From Euglena gracilis (lineage: Eukaryota), in the NCBI GenBank assembly GCA_039621445.1, contig CP154954.1, positions 28,762,417 to 28,798,850 on the forward strand: a DNA stretch of 36,434 nt, read 5' to 3'. The notes under the pieces were generated by a model. The model made no database searches, was not told the origin of the DNA, and saw only the letters and a program-made list of their open reading frames with translations. Positions within the stretch are counted from its first letter, which is position 1. The number at the start of each line of letters is the position of its first letter. The translations under genes and the position numbers were made by a program. Below are positions 22,001-31,564 of the stretch, piece by piece.

Positions 22001-25000
22001 TTGGTTTTCGTTTGATGATTTTGCTTACTGCTATTTGGGAGTTGCCATCCCAATTCTGCCCATAGCAAGCACTCCCCCCTCCTGGGGAGGCCCCCCCAGG
22101 GGGGTGGGTGGGTGGGGGGGACCCCCCCGGTCTTAAAAAAAAAACCCCTGATGGGGGTCCCATCCATCCATCCACACCGGTGTCTTTGGCGGTGCCCCAG
22201 CACTGGTCTGCCCTCCCCCCCCAACGCCGGCAGCCGGCCCGACAGCCGCACCGGTCCCCACGCCCCGGCCAGGCCAGCCCATTCCCCCGACCGCCAGCCC
22301 CCCCCTACGCGCCTTCAGCCAAACATGCCCCCGCGGAAATGTCGGTCGGTTGGGGCCCAAAGGCAAAAAAAAATTCTACCCCCCCCCCTGTGTGCACTGT
22401 GGCTGTTTGTTTGGTGCCTTTTATCCCTTCTTCTGGCCTGGCGCTGTTTTTCGCCTCTTGCCACTCCCCCCCCCCCCGGGAAATTGACACCTCCCAGTTT
22501 GGCAAATACCGGGGACCCGGAGAATTTTCTGGAACCCACCGGGTTCTCGTGGTTGGTGGCATACCTTTTTCCTTGGCCAACTGCCTCGGGGGAGGTCCCC
22601 AACCGTTTCCCGCCCCGCCGCTGGAGGGTGCCTTGCACCGGATCTTCGCCGCGGACGTGCAGGACGTGGTGGGGGCCCACGGGGTGGACGTCATCCTGGA
22701 CCCGGTGTTCGGGAACTACATGCAGGAGAACGCGGAGGTGCTGGCGGTGGACGGGACCATCGTCATCATCGCCATGATGGGCGGTGTGCCCTCCCAGCCC
22801 ACCGCAGATTCGTCCAAAAAAGGCCGCCTGAAAGGTATTGGCAGGACTTTTGCCTGCCAAATTAGTCCACACAGCTTTTATACCCCCCTTCTGCAAGAGC
22901 CGCAACAGCAGGGTCGCTCTTGCAGGGCAGCAACATTCAGCTCTGTATCAGAACATGTTCAGGTCTGCAGAACCCCAGTTTCTTTTAAACTCCCGTTCTG
23001 TCCTCGGCCAACTTTTAACACCATTTTCTTTCTTCGCTTGGATGACATCACGATAGTCATTTTCATCCTACTGCATAACATTTGGCTGATTATTTTCCTC
23101 TGGTGCTTTCCCTGTCGTCCAGATTGAATGTGTGTGTGCAGCTAATGGCAATTGTGAAAATGGGGCGGCCCTGTTTAGCCAAAGTAGCTCTGTCATTGTG
23201 GGCTTGAGATTGGGAACAGAGAACCCTGCATTCCAAACCGTGGGCGGAGAATCATTGGGATTTGTTGAACGTGCCCCCCCCCCCCCCCCGGGGTTCATGC
23301 GGGGTTTGGGGTGGGCGGTCCCCGCGGACCGCTGTGCCTCCCCTCGGCAGGGTCCACCATTGACCCGCCGGCCAGCATGCCCACCCTCTTCCGCAAGCGG
23401 GCCACACTGAAGTTCTCAACGCTGCGGAACACCAGTGTGTCCCCCGGCGGATGGACCCTCTCCCGCAGCATCGTGCCGTGCCAGGGTGTCAGTATATTCA
23501 CAAAGCTGGGACAAAGATAAGAACTTCGGAACTTTTTTTTCTGATAGTCAGCATATCGCCAATGTCCGCCAGCCACCTCAGACCCCCCTCCCAAACAGGG
23601 TGGTCCGTAAGGGACGGGAATTTTTTTTTTTAGTTAAGGACCGCCCCCCACCACCTCTTCCCGTATTTCCGGGAGCACCAATTTTTGGACCCGAAAATTT
23701 TTTTCCATCGCCTTCGGCGCCAGGTGTTTTTTGCCCCATTTCGGGACTCATATGGGAGGTCCCCCCCAAAAACCCCTCAAAAACCCCATTTTTTCACACC
23801 TTCCAAAATTCAACATTTTCTCAAAATTTTGACTTTGAGAGGTTTTTGAAGCAAAAAAAAATGTCATTGAAAATCCAAAAAATTTCACAAAGAAAAAAAA
23901 TCTCAGTAAAATTTGGCTGAGCCATAATTTGGTCCACTTTTTTTGACCTTCGTTTTTTTTTTTCACCCCCCTCCTAAAAACTACGAATTTTTAACCCTGG
24001 AATTTTTGAGATTTTTTTGGGAAAAAATGCGGTTTTCCATCAAAAAATCATGTATTTGGGTTCATTTTTCAAAATAATTTTTAAAAATTTCCCCAGCCAA
24101 AGTCCCCGTTTTCCCAAATTGGTGAAAATCTGTGGTGGGTCCTTATTTTTCGGTTGAAGTGCATTGGGACATATATGTTTTTTTTTTTTAGTTAGGGACC
24201 GTCCTGCTCCCAAATAGTTCACACAGGACAGGCTTCCACACCATGCATGCTCATGTGGGTGGGTCCCGTCAGGGGGATTGCACCTCGGGTCAAGTTCAAA
24301 GGCTGGCCAAAAATTTCATTGAAGGGTGTGCCACTGTTTTTTGTGCCACCCCCAGGGATCTGAACAAATTATTTTTGCACGTATCAGTTTCATGACCAAT
24401 CTTCAATCGGCTCACCCGGGGTTCTGCAAGGATGTAAAAGTCATATTGTCCAGAAAAAAAGCTTTTTTTTCGGGCGTGATAAACTGCGGGAATTTGCAAA
24501 TTCCCAGAAATCGCTCCTCCATCACCCAGAGTCACAGGGATTGGAAAGGTGGGAACACCAAGGACTTCCACCTGAATGAGCTCCCGGCTTGGAAAGGAGG
24601 GAGGACCATTGGGCCATCCGGTGCCATCGCGGGAAGAAGGAAGATTGGCATCCGGGTGGGTGGATTGCGGTGATCAGCGTCGCTGAGAACGAATGTTGGC
24701 AACGTGCTCCCTTGTAAGATAATGATACCTGACACCTTCCCTATTGGAAGGTGGTCTCCCGAAAAGAATTGGCCTCGGGTGCTCGCCAATTTGGGCCTAC
24801 CCGAAGAACAAAGCTCTTTCGGGGTACAACTCCCTGCAAGGCCAGGTCGGCGACAGGCACCTACGGCCGACCAGGACCGACCACGGCCGACCAGGGCCGA
24901 CCAGGGCCGACCAGGGCCGACTATGGTTTTCAGGACCCCCATAGGTGGGGGTTCCGACCAGGGCCGACCAGGGCCGACCAGGGCCGACTAGGGCCGACCA

Positions 25001-25809
25001 GGGCCGACTTGCATGTGGTTGGCCGACCGAAGGGGAATGGATGAAAGAATTCGGCAGCTTTGCCTCTGGAACAAGCACCTCTGATGATGTTGGGCGATGC
25101 AGGGCGATGCTGGGTGATTCTGGATTTTTGGAGACCAGCGGTTGGGTTCTGATGCGGCGATGCAGGGCGATGCTGGGTGATGCTGGCAGTTTTTTTGTAT
25201 ATTTTGAAGAACTAAACCCATCTTTGGATAATTTTCTCACAAATCTCCAGTTTTACACCCATTTTGGCTATTATGGATCAGTTTTTGCTAATTTGGGGGC
25301 TATTTATCACTGATTGGGCAAATATTGGGCTAATTTGGGTCAATCTGAGCATTTTTTATGGCATTTTGGCCATTTTGCGCCCTCTTGGTAATTTTTGGGT
25401 CATTTTTCACAATCTTTTGTGGATTTTGTTGGCATTTTTGGGTAATTTTTGGTTATTTCAAGCCATTTTAGGTCATTTTGGTTGCTTTTGGGGAGCCAAT
25501 GGAGGCCTTATGGGGCACTTCCTTTTGATCTTGGCGAGACAATTCAGAAAATCATTGCATCCCCTTCACATTTTTTCTGTGACGGATACCCCCACCTATG
25601 GCCGACTATTTGCCGACCAGGGCCGACCAGGGCCGACCAGGGCCGACCAGGGCCGACCAGGGCCGACCAGAGCACCAAAATGGGAAGTGACCATAGGTGC
25701 CTGGTCGGCGAGCACAGGCCCAGAGGCCAATTTCTCAGGCAAGACAGGAGTTCGCCTGACCCTCCTATCAAATTAATTTCCAATCAAAAAAAAACCCTGC
25801 ATATATAAT

Positions 25810-25884
<75 letters not shown>

Positions 25885-27895
25885 CTGATATATTCACTCC
25901 CTCCCAAAAAGACTTGGGTCTTATTTTTGGGTCCATGGCTGGAAACCTCCAGGGGGGTGTTTTATTTGGGGGGTCTTATTTTTGGTTTTTTCTTGACCGA
26001 CCCAAGCCCGAAAAAACATCATTTTTCAGGTTCAGCAGTAAAAATTTTCCTTCGGCTCTTCGTGCCATGTGTAAATCGGTGTAAGTTGACATTTGGCATG
26101 TTTTTTTTGAACTTCAAAAATCTGAAATTTTTTGAAATTTCATTATTTTTGTCTGTGAAATTGGGGATTTTGGTAATTTTTCAGGGAAAATTTTCACCGT
26201 CTTCGGCGCTTTGCGCCGTCAGGGGGGTCTTATTTTTGGATTTTTGCTCGTTGGGCCCAGAGGGGAGGGGGGGTGTTATTTTTGGGGGGTTCTTATTTTT
26301 TGGAGGGGGGCTAAAAATGTATTTTGTATAGTTTATTCTTAATTGTTACATTAGAATCAAAAGTTTAAACAGAGGGGGAGATCGTGGGTGGGCGAGGTTT
26401 TTGGGGTTGTCGTGGTGTTTTTGGGCCCAGGGGGCCGTGCCCCACCCCTGCCGGCCCCAGGCAAGGCGTACAAGGCGGCGCTGGTGCGGGACTTCTGGGC
26501 CTTCTCGGAGCCGCTGTTCCGCACGGGCCAACTCCACCTGGGGGCCCCCCTGTGCCCCCCCCCCCCGCCTGGCCCCCACCCCCCCCCCCCCCCCCTCCCA
26601 ACCCTCATCTGGGGTTGGCAGACCTCGGGGATTTTTGTAAGTCTGGGGGGTGGATCGTGAGCCTGTTCACAATTTACAGGGCTTTGTATATTTTGGGGGT
26701 CCAAGTAATGCCCTGATAATCGTGAACAGAAACCGTTTCTACAAAGAAACCCACATCTGGATCCGGGATTCTGTCCGGGAAACCCAGAAAACAAGAGATG
26801 GGCTTACGTCCAAGCTATTGGGGGATGCTTTGGGTTTGGGGGGGCGCCCGCAGTCCCCCCCCCCCAAAGGCCCTCACAATGCTTGGACCAAAGGCAATTT
26901 TCAGTTTAGAGCCCAAGGGTGGTTTCCGTTCAGTTCACCATACCATTCCATTGTGTTCCATTCTGTTTTAATTCTGTGGCCATCTGTTGAAAGCCCTTCG
27001 AACCAGTTGCAACAGGGCAACTGAATTGCGAAATCTGACCAACAGATAGTTCAAATTTCAGATCACTCGATCGGACAGAAACAAGAGTGCTATGCAGCGT
27101 GGCTGAATTCTGTGGCGGTCTGTCGAAAGCCTTCGGGAAGACTTTTGTGCAACAGTTTCCTGAGTTTGTATTTAATCAAAATTCTCTTCACAATTTCAAG
27201 CCCTAATAATCGTGAACAGCCTGTTCACGATTATCAGGGCGTTATTTGGGGGGGTCCAAACAACGCCCTGCAATTCACGTTCATGTCCACGAAATTCAGG
27301 GCAGGCGCCGGGCCTCTGTTCCCAGTGACAAAGAGGGAGGATGAGACAACTTGGAGAAATCCTCATTTCACAATTGGTCGAATGGTATTCAAGCCAGGCA
27401 CTCATTAATGTCTAACAGTTTTCAAGACGGGCGCGACGCTATAAAACGGTTTTCAGAGTGGCGCCGTTTTCTTGGTGAAAAGAAAAACAAAAACGCCAAA
27501 AAAGCCACCGTACGGGTTTTGAATCGTCGAACGTTGAACACAGGCGTGCGGTGTTTCGACTTAGCCGTTTGTGGGCTATTTTTTCGTGGGTGGGTGGGTG
27601 AGCCGGACCCCCTCCCCCTGGGGGATACCCCAAGGGCCTCGTGGGTCCCAACCGGAAGTGCGCCGAATTCTTTGGCCCCGGACCCCGGGGGGTACCCCTG
27701 GGTGGGTGGGGGGCACCCCCCGGTCTGAAAGAAAGCTCCCCGGACGGGCGCCGGCGAGAGAGGGGCCCCCCGCCCCGGCCGGTGGTGCACGCGGTGCTGC
27801 CGTGGACGGAGGCGGGGGCGGCCCACGAGCTGATGGAGGCGAACCGGACGGAGGGGAAGGTGGTGCTGCTGGTGGAGGCCCCTGAGGCGGCGTGA
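9939..27895 (+). CDS. Spliced gene for NAD(P)H:quinone oxidoreductase, PIG3/zeta-crystallin-like (MDR superfamily, non-zinc). Exons 9939-10019, 12424-12554, 15337-15389, 15698-15879, 18280-18331, 20253-20368, 21885-~21921, (possible micro-exon ~22234-22253), ~22612/22640-22783, 23351-23434, 26461-26535, 27777-27895
   Basis: Joined exons read MKAVQ-IRSPPEG...[40 protein letters not shown]...FRPGDRVMALLSGGGYAQYC...AAAIPE-VFLTAYQCLF...LQPG-QSVLIHAGASSVGIAAIQL...GVDVILDPVFG...FRKRATLKFSTLR...AHELMEANRTEGKVVL. These are the hallmark motifs of PIG3-type quinone oxidoreductases in the expected order. Intron phases are compatible at every resolved junction. Confidence 0.95.
10607..12199. repeat. Cluster of ~13 dispersed 16-bp palindromes TTGCGC-N4-GYGCAA in intron 1
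   Basis: Copies start at 10607, 10729, 10755, 10781, 11373, 11544, 11599, 11702, 11756, 11818, 11866, 11922, 11970 and 12184 (some degenerate). Confidence 0.85.
12424..12554 (+). CDS. Quinone oxidoreductase exon 2 (IRSPPEG...[11 protein letters not shown])
   Basis: Acceptor ccctccgcag|ATC, the [14 protein letters not shown] motif, and a 3' end at a nonconventional C|A junction. Confidence 0.92.
13028..13063. repeat. (CAA)/(CAG)n trinucleotide repeat, intronic
   Basis: caacaacaacagcaacagcagcagcagcagcagcag. Confidence 0.9.
14797..15022. mobile_element. TA-flanked MITE with C/G-tract TIRs (Tc1/mariner-like by TSD)
   Basis: TAACCCCCCCCCCCCAATAGAAGC...GCTTCTATTAGGGGGGGGGGGTTA; internal AATAGAAGCGCACCCCCC repeats. 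Confidence 0.8.
15337..15389 (+). CDS. Quinone oxidoreductase exon 3 ([18 protein letters not shown])
   Basis: Signature [17 protein letters not shown]; donor G|GTGTGC, phase 1. Confidence 0.95.
15698..15879 (+). CDS. Quinone oxidoreductase exon 4 (LEAAGIV...AAAIPE)
   Basis: Acceptor tccacag|GG; GDRVMALLSGGGYAQY motif; donor GAA|GTGTGA, phase 0. Confidence 0.95.
15920..16150. repeat. Imperfect (TG)n microsatellite
   Basis: Seen directly; it produces the spurious VC/HT ORFs. Confidence 0.95.
16436..16565. repeat. Interrupted poly-T tract
   Basis: Seen directly. Confidence 0.9.
17039..17356. mobile_element. TA-flanked MITE related to 14797-15022
   Basis: TAAC(n)AATAAGTGCGC...GTGCACTTATTTG(n)CAGTTA; internal TAAGTGCGCAC repeats. 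Confidence 0.75.
18280..18331 (+). CDS. Quinone oxidoreductase exon 5 (VFLTAYQCLFQNAKLQPG)
   Basis: Acceptor ctcgcag|GTG; continues IPE-VFLTA; donor G|GTACGC, phase 1. Confidence 0.92.
18376..18565. mobile_element. TA-flanked MITE
   Basis: TAACCCCCCAAAT...ATTTGGGGGGTTTA; repeated GTTATTTGGG motif. Confidence 0.65.
18568..18804. mobile_element. TA-flanked MITE adjacent to the previous one
   Basis: TIR TACCCGCCCCTGGGAAACTGTCA / TAACAGTTTCCCGGGGGGGGGGTA; internal (AAC/ACC)TGTCAGG and CCGGCCAACC repeats. Confidence 0.8.
20253..20368 (+). CDS. Quinone oxidoreductase exon 6 (QSVLIHAGASSVGIAAIQL...SKVE), Rossmann motif
   Basis: Acceptor ccccacag|GG; nucleotide-binding VLIHAGASxVG; donor GAG|GTGTCC, phase 0. 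Confidence 0.93.
20377..20751. mobile_element. Probable degenerate CAG...CTG MITE starting 8 nt inside the intron after exon 6
   Basis: Inverted GCCACTTT(T)CCA / TGGAAAGTGGC near the ends, and CAGTCAGTCACTTT vs AAAGTGACTGACTG inverted subterminal repeats. The TSD is not convincing. Confidence 0.5.
21885..21921 (+). CDS. Quinone oxidoreductase exon 7 (VCKKYGATTALS...), 3' boundary uncertain
   Basis: Acceptor tcgttgcag|GTT in phase 0 supplies the CxxxGA segment expected after KVE. No clean in-phase GT donor follows directly. Confidence 0.8.
22640..22783 (+). CDS. Quinone oxidoreductase exon (IFAADVQDVVGAHGVDVILDPVFGNY...AMMGG), 5' boundary uncertain (22612-22642)
   Basis: GVDVILDPV and DGTIVIIAMMGG motifs with GC-rich third codon positions; donor G|GTGTGC. 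There is no YAG acceptor immediately upstream. Confidence 0.88.
23351..23434 (+). CDS. Quinone oxidoreductase exon (GSTIDPP...FRKRATLKFSTLRNT)
   Basis: Acceptor ctcggcag|GG; KRxxxxxSTLR motif; donor A|GTGTGT, phase 1. Confidence 0.92.
23596..24206. mobile_element. hAT-like MITE (611 bp) in an oxidoreductase intron
   Basis: TIR CAGGGTGGTCCGTAA vs CAGGACGGTCCCTAA; perfect TSD CTCCCAAA; interior similar to 2160-2700. Confidence 0.88.
24765..25735. repeat. Element with three (GGCCGACCAG)n decamer arrays bracketed by inverted repeats; probable non-autonomous transposon
   Basis: Arrays at ~24865-24921, ~24954-25008 and ~25612-25670. Inverted pairs AATTGGCCTC..GTGCTCGCC / GGCGAGCAC..GAGGCCAATT and CAGGCACCTA / TAGGTGCCTG. 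Confidence 0.75.
25801..25882. repeat. Compound (CA)n/(TA)n microsatellite
   Basis: Seen directly. Confidence 0.95.
26461..26535 (+). CDS. Quinone oxidoreductase exon (SKAYKAALVRDFWAFSEPLFRTGQL)
   Basis: Acceptor ggccccag|GC in phase 1; YKAxLV follows STLR as in homologues. Confidence 0.9.
26536..27776 (+). other. Nonconventional intron, 1241 nt, with neither GT nor AG ends
   Basis: C|ACCTGGGGGCCCCCCT...AGAGGGGCCCCCCGCCCC|G. Both junctions are Y|R, and a 9-bp stem GGGGGCCCC/GGGGCCCCC lies in the +5/-7 register. Removal gives in-frame GQL-R-PVVHAVLPW. Confidence 0.85.
27777..27895 (+). CDS. Quinone oxidoreductase last exon (RPVVHAVLPW...AHELMEANRTEGKVVLLVEAPEAA*)
   Basis: C-terminal MDR motif AHxxMExNxxxGKVVL followed by TGA. 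Confidence 0.93.
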
Positions 27896-30056
27896 GGCGG
27901 CGCCCCCCCCCCCCCCCACCGGTGCCCTACATGGCACGTGCCCCGCGCACCGTTCCCCCAGCCCGGCTCGACCTGGGGAGACCATCAGGGCCCTCTCCCT
28001 GGCGAGAGGCTGAACAGGGGGGGGGGGCAGACCACGACTCTCCAAAGCAACGATTTGTATAAGTTAACCACATTTAATGCAGTTGTGAGACCAAGGGATT
28101 GATATTCTTTTTTGGGTTGGGGGGGATTGGTGTCGGTCTTCAATAAACGCGACTCAACAAGATTTGGAAGACTCCAGAAAACTGGTACATCCGATACAAA
28201 AGTTTCAGTCAGGGCATGGCTGCAGGCATGGCTGATGCCTAAATTGGCATAATGCACAAAACCTGTGCAGGAGGAGACTCGCACGAAATCAGCGTTGTAA
28301 GTATTCTGGGTCAATTCATCAAGACACCAATGGTTACTCTAAATCTTAGTTAGAATTGTAATTAAAATAGGCTTTTTGGGGACAACTGCTTTGAGGACCA
28401 CGTGCCTTTTCAGCATTTTGAGGAATCTGTAGAAATTTATTTAGTCTGCAGGTCCAAAATAATTCTTTTTATTCATTAAAAGTTGTGTATGAGCAAAACG
28501 TCACCACAATATGCGAAATAAATTGCATAATGTTCCGGAACAACCCGGAATCAAACCCCTGAATAAATGAGTGTCAAAAGCGAAGCCTTTCTGGAGGAAT
28601 ACCAACACATATTTTTCCCCAGGGGGTTGGAGTGCACAGCCAAAGAAGGAAGCTCAGCCGCCAGTCAACGACGCTGTGCTTTGTACAGCAGTTTTGTCAT
28701 CAGTCCATCACCGCCGACAGAATAGCTAGTTATTGTTGTGCTGCCTTTGGTCGGTGTTCGTGCCTCTTCAAGGAGCATCAAATTTTGACAGGTCAGCGTG
28801 GTGGGCATTTTTCCGCTCAATCGCTGCAAGTTCCGGCAGAAAGCACCCCCTCCAGCCCCCTCCAGAACTCCCTTGTACTCCCTTGTACTCCTTCCAAAAG
28901 GCCCTGACTTCTTTTTCTTTTTATGTCAACTCACTCCCAATTCGCAGCCCAGCTAAGATGGCCCCGGAAGAGGAGCCGGTTGGCTGCCCCCCCCCCCGTC
29001 CTGGCCCCTGCCCCACGGCCCCTGAGGCTCCCCATCCCCCAGCCCGGAGCTAAATTAAACGCGTGGCGCTAACTCCTTGACAGCAACGGATGGTGCCAGC
29101 CGATCACATGGCACCTAAGCTGGGGGGTCCCAATCTAAGTCCAAATCTCCAGCGATTAAATATTAGTTTGGGAATGGTTTGGCTGGTAGACTGAGGGAGG
29201 GGAATCAAGTGAACGATTAATCCAAAACGCCCAAAATGTTGGACTGTCTGTCTTTTGGCATCGAACGCTGGAAATGGCAAAAACAAAAGCCTCTGTGGCA
29301 CTTGTGTTCTGAAACTGTCATGCCTGCGAACGTGTCGGGGTTCTGGCATGGGAATTTGTTCGGGCCCTTGGTATTAGCCAATCCGCAGGGACCAATCAAT
29401 TTCCTGAAACCACCCTGCCGGGAATTTGCCAGCATCCTGCCCAGGAAACTCGCAAGGTGTCCCATGGCGGCCAACGGTTGATCAAGTTCGAAGAAGGACG
29501 GGGGGAAATTTGATTAAATAGTCATCGAGCGAGAATTCAGAATTTTTTACGAAAAAAACATAGAATGCCGAAATTACTTTGTTATACACCCCAGAAACAG
29601 CCACTGGGAGGGTCCTTCGTTCCTTTTTTCACAATAAAGGGGGGTTATTAGCGCGGTTTGGTGGGCCAGCCCGGGGGATTAATGAGTGGTATGAGTGGGG
29701 GGGGGTGGATGGGCAACATCCTTTCACATAAACCGCGTGTCAGAACAGACCCAGCTGTGCGGTTTTGCAGAGAGGGCAGAATTTAAGTCCGCCCCCCCCC
29801 CCCCCATAGCCGTGACCCCATGTTTTACTTTTTTTTTTCCTGGGTGGACCCGGGTTCACCGTTAGCTGCAACGTATCATTCCCCACTTCTGTTTGGTGGT
29901 TTGCTCCCTGGGGCCACCCACCAACCCAGATCCTGCAACCGTCTGGGGTGTTCAAAAGGGGAGGGGGGTTAGTGGAGGGAGGCACGAGGCGTGTTGGGGG
30001 GCGGGGAGGCCGGCCCTGTCGTTGTCGCTCACAGGACCGGAGGGGCCCCGGCATGG

Positions 30057-31564
30057 ATGGCGCCCGGGGGGCTGGCCGACGGCTATCACAGCACGCGGAC
30101 TGTGCCGGGTGTGCCATTGTGCTTTGTCTGCCAGTTCCGGGTGCAACGGAAGTGAGCTGGCGGATTCCCTCAAATTTCCTTTTTTTGTGAAACACTATTC
30201 AAAAATCTACCCCCCCCATGCCCAATGAACAAATGCCTCTGACGTTTGTCACCTGAGTGTTCATGGGGGGTTCTCCCTTTTGGCTGGGGGCTATGAGGTG
30301 TATTTTTTTTATAGCCAAAAATGATTTGTGACCACTTTTTTGCATACACATCCTTTCAAAGAATATGAGTGAGATTTTCATTTTGGTAAAAAAAACCTCC
30401 TCGAAAAGGGTGGCCGAAAAATGGCTCTCAGATCAAGAATGCACTGTTGCAGAACCATACTGGTAGCACAGTTGGATTTGCAGGCATGGATGGATGGTCT
30501 TATGGTGCCATGGGGAGGCGGGGGAGGTTGACTCTCCCACCCGGCAGGTGGGGGTCTGTACCATCAGAAATTTTTACACCCACATCAAAATTTCACCCCA
30601 CAGAGTAAAGGGAAGGAGCGACCTCTGCCAGCATGTAAGGTTTCTGGGCTTGGATAACAGTTGGGGGCGGGGGGACTGTCGACCCCACCCACCAGGGCAT
30701 TGTGCACAACGACGTTTGGCATTTGTTGAATGCCTCCGCACATTTTTTTTTGCTTATTTTGCACCTTGTTTCCCCTTATTGTCGTTCTTTTGTATTGAGG
30801 AATATGGAAGCCGCGTGCATATAAGAGTGGTTGGTGTGTTGCGTACAGTGGTCTGCCTCTTTTCCCGGTCGGCTCTCAGCCCCCCTCAGAACACCAGTTC
30901 TTTGCTCTTTGCTCGTCTTCTGGTGCGCTGCCTCCCCAGGGACGCCGTGCTTCACGGTGGATGGGTTCAGGCACGTCCGCCCCGAGTGTCAGCACTTCTT
31001 TCTCACGTATGTTCACGGCGTGCAAGCTGCCATCTTCACAAGCTACACACTCGGCGCGCACAATGAAACGAGCCGAAGGCTCGTCGGATGGTTTGAACCT
31101 TTCATGGGACCCAATCCTTTTTGTATGATCCTTTTTTTGAAGGGAAGACATTTCTTTCAAACAAAGTTAACTTTGATCAATGGAGGGTGAATGTTGTAAA
31201 TAAATTGTTCCCCGTATGTGTATGTGTGTGGGTGAGTGAGTTGCTTGTCTCATGTTTGCTGAAGGGCACCATTCTCTCTGAGGGAGGGGCATGGGACACG
31301 ATCTGAGGCGTCATCCAGAGTTGAATGACCCACCCAAATCGATCGGGGCGGGTCTTTTTCCGGTACCTGCAACCCCAAAATGGAAGGAATCTTGCCCACA
31401 GAACGCCGCTATGCAAAGCCATTTCCATATTCAGTTTTTTTTTGCTCCAAAAACTGGCACCAGGGGTATATAGCACCACCCCGGTCTATTCCTCTTCCTT
31501 TCCAGTCACTTCCACACGGACCACTATGAGGGGCTGCGCAAGACGTTCCATGCTGGCACCATCT
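30057..31564 (+). CDS. 5' part of a spliced SNM1/PSO2 (DCLRE1-type) DNA cross-link repair nuclease, metallo-beta-lactamase/beta-CASP family. Exons 30057(or 30035)-30108, 30940-31006, 31506-31564; continues downstream, probably beyond the window
   Basis: Joined: MAPGGLADGYHSTRTVP-GTPCFTVDGFRHVRPECQHFFLT-HFHTDHYEGLRKTFHAGTI. This matches the family pattern PGT.F.VD.F....FLTHFHxDHY.GL. Donors GTGTGC, GTATGT and GTATGC, CAG acceptors, and phases 1 and 2 are all compatible. Confidence 0.9.

Noticed and set aside
22108-23127. 339-aa ORF as a stand-alone gene
   Set aside because: Only ~22640-22783 resembles the oxidoreductase; the rest is intronic read-through.
24704-25808. PTRADQGR-repeat proteins or a CRISPR array
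   Set aside because: These are spacer-less decamer tandem repeats inside an intron, with no cas genes, in a eukaryotic context.
28958-28978. MAPEEEP as first exon of the SNM1-like gene
   Set aside because: Its GT donor is phase 0 while the acceptor at 30034 requires phase 2; it is unsupported without an extra exon.
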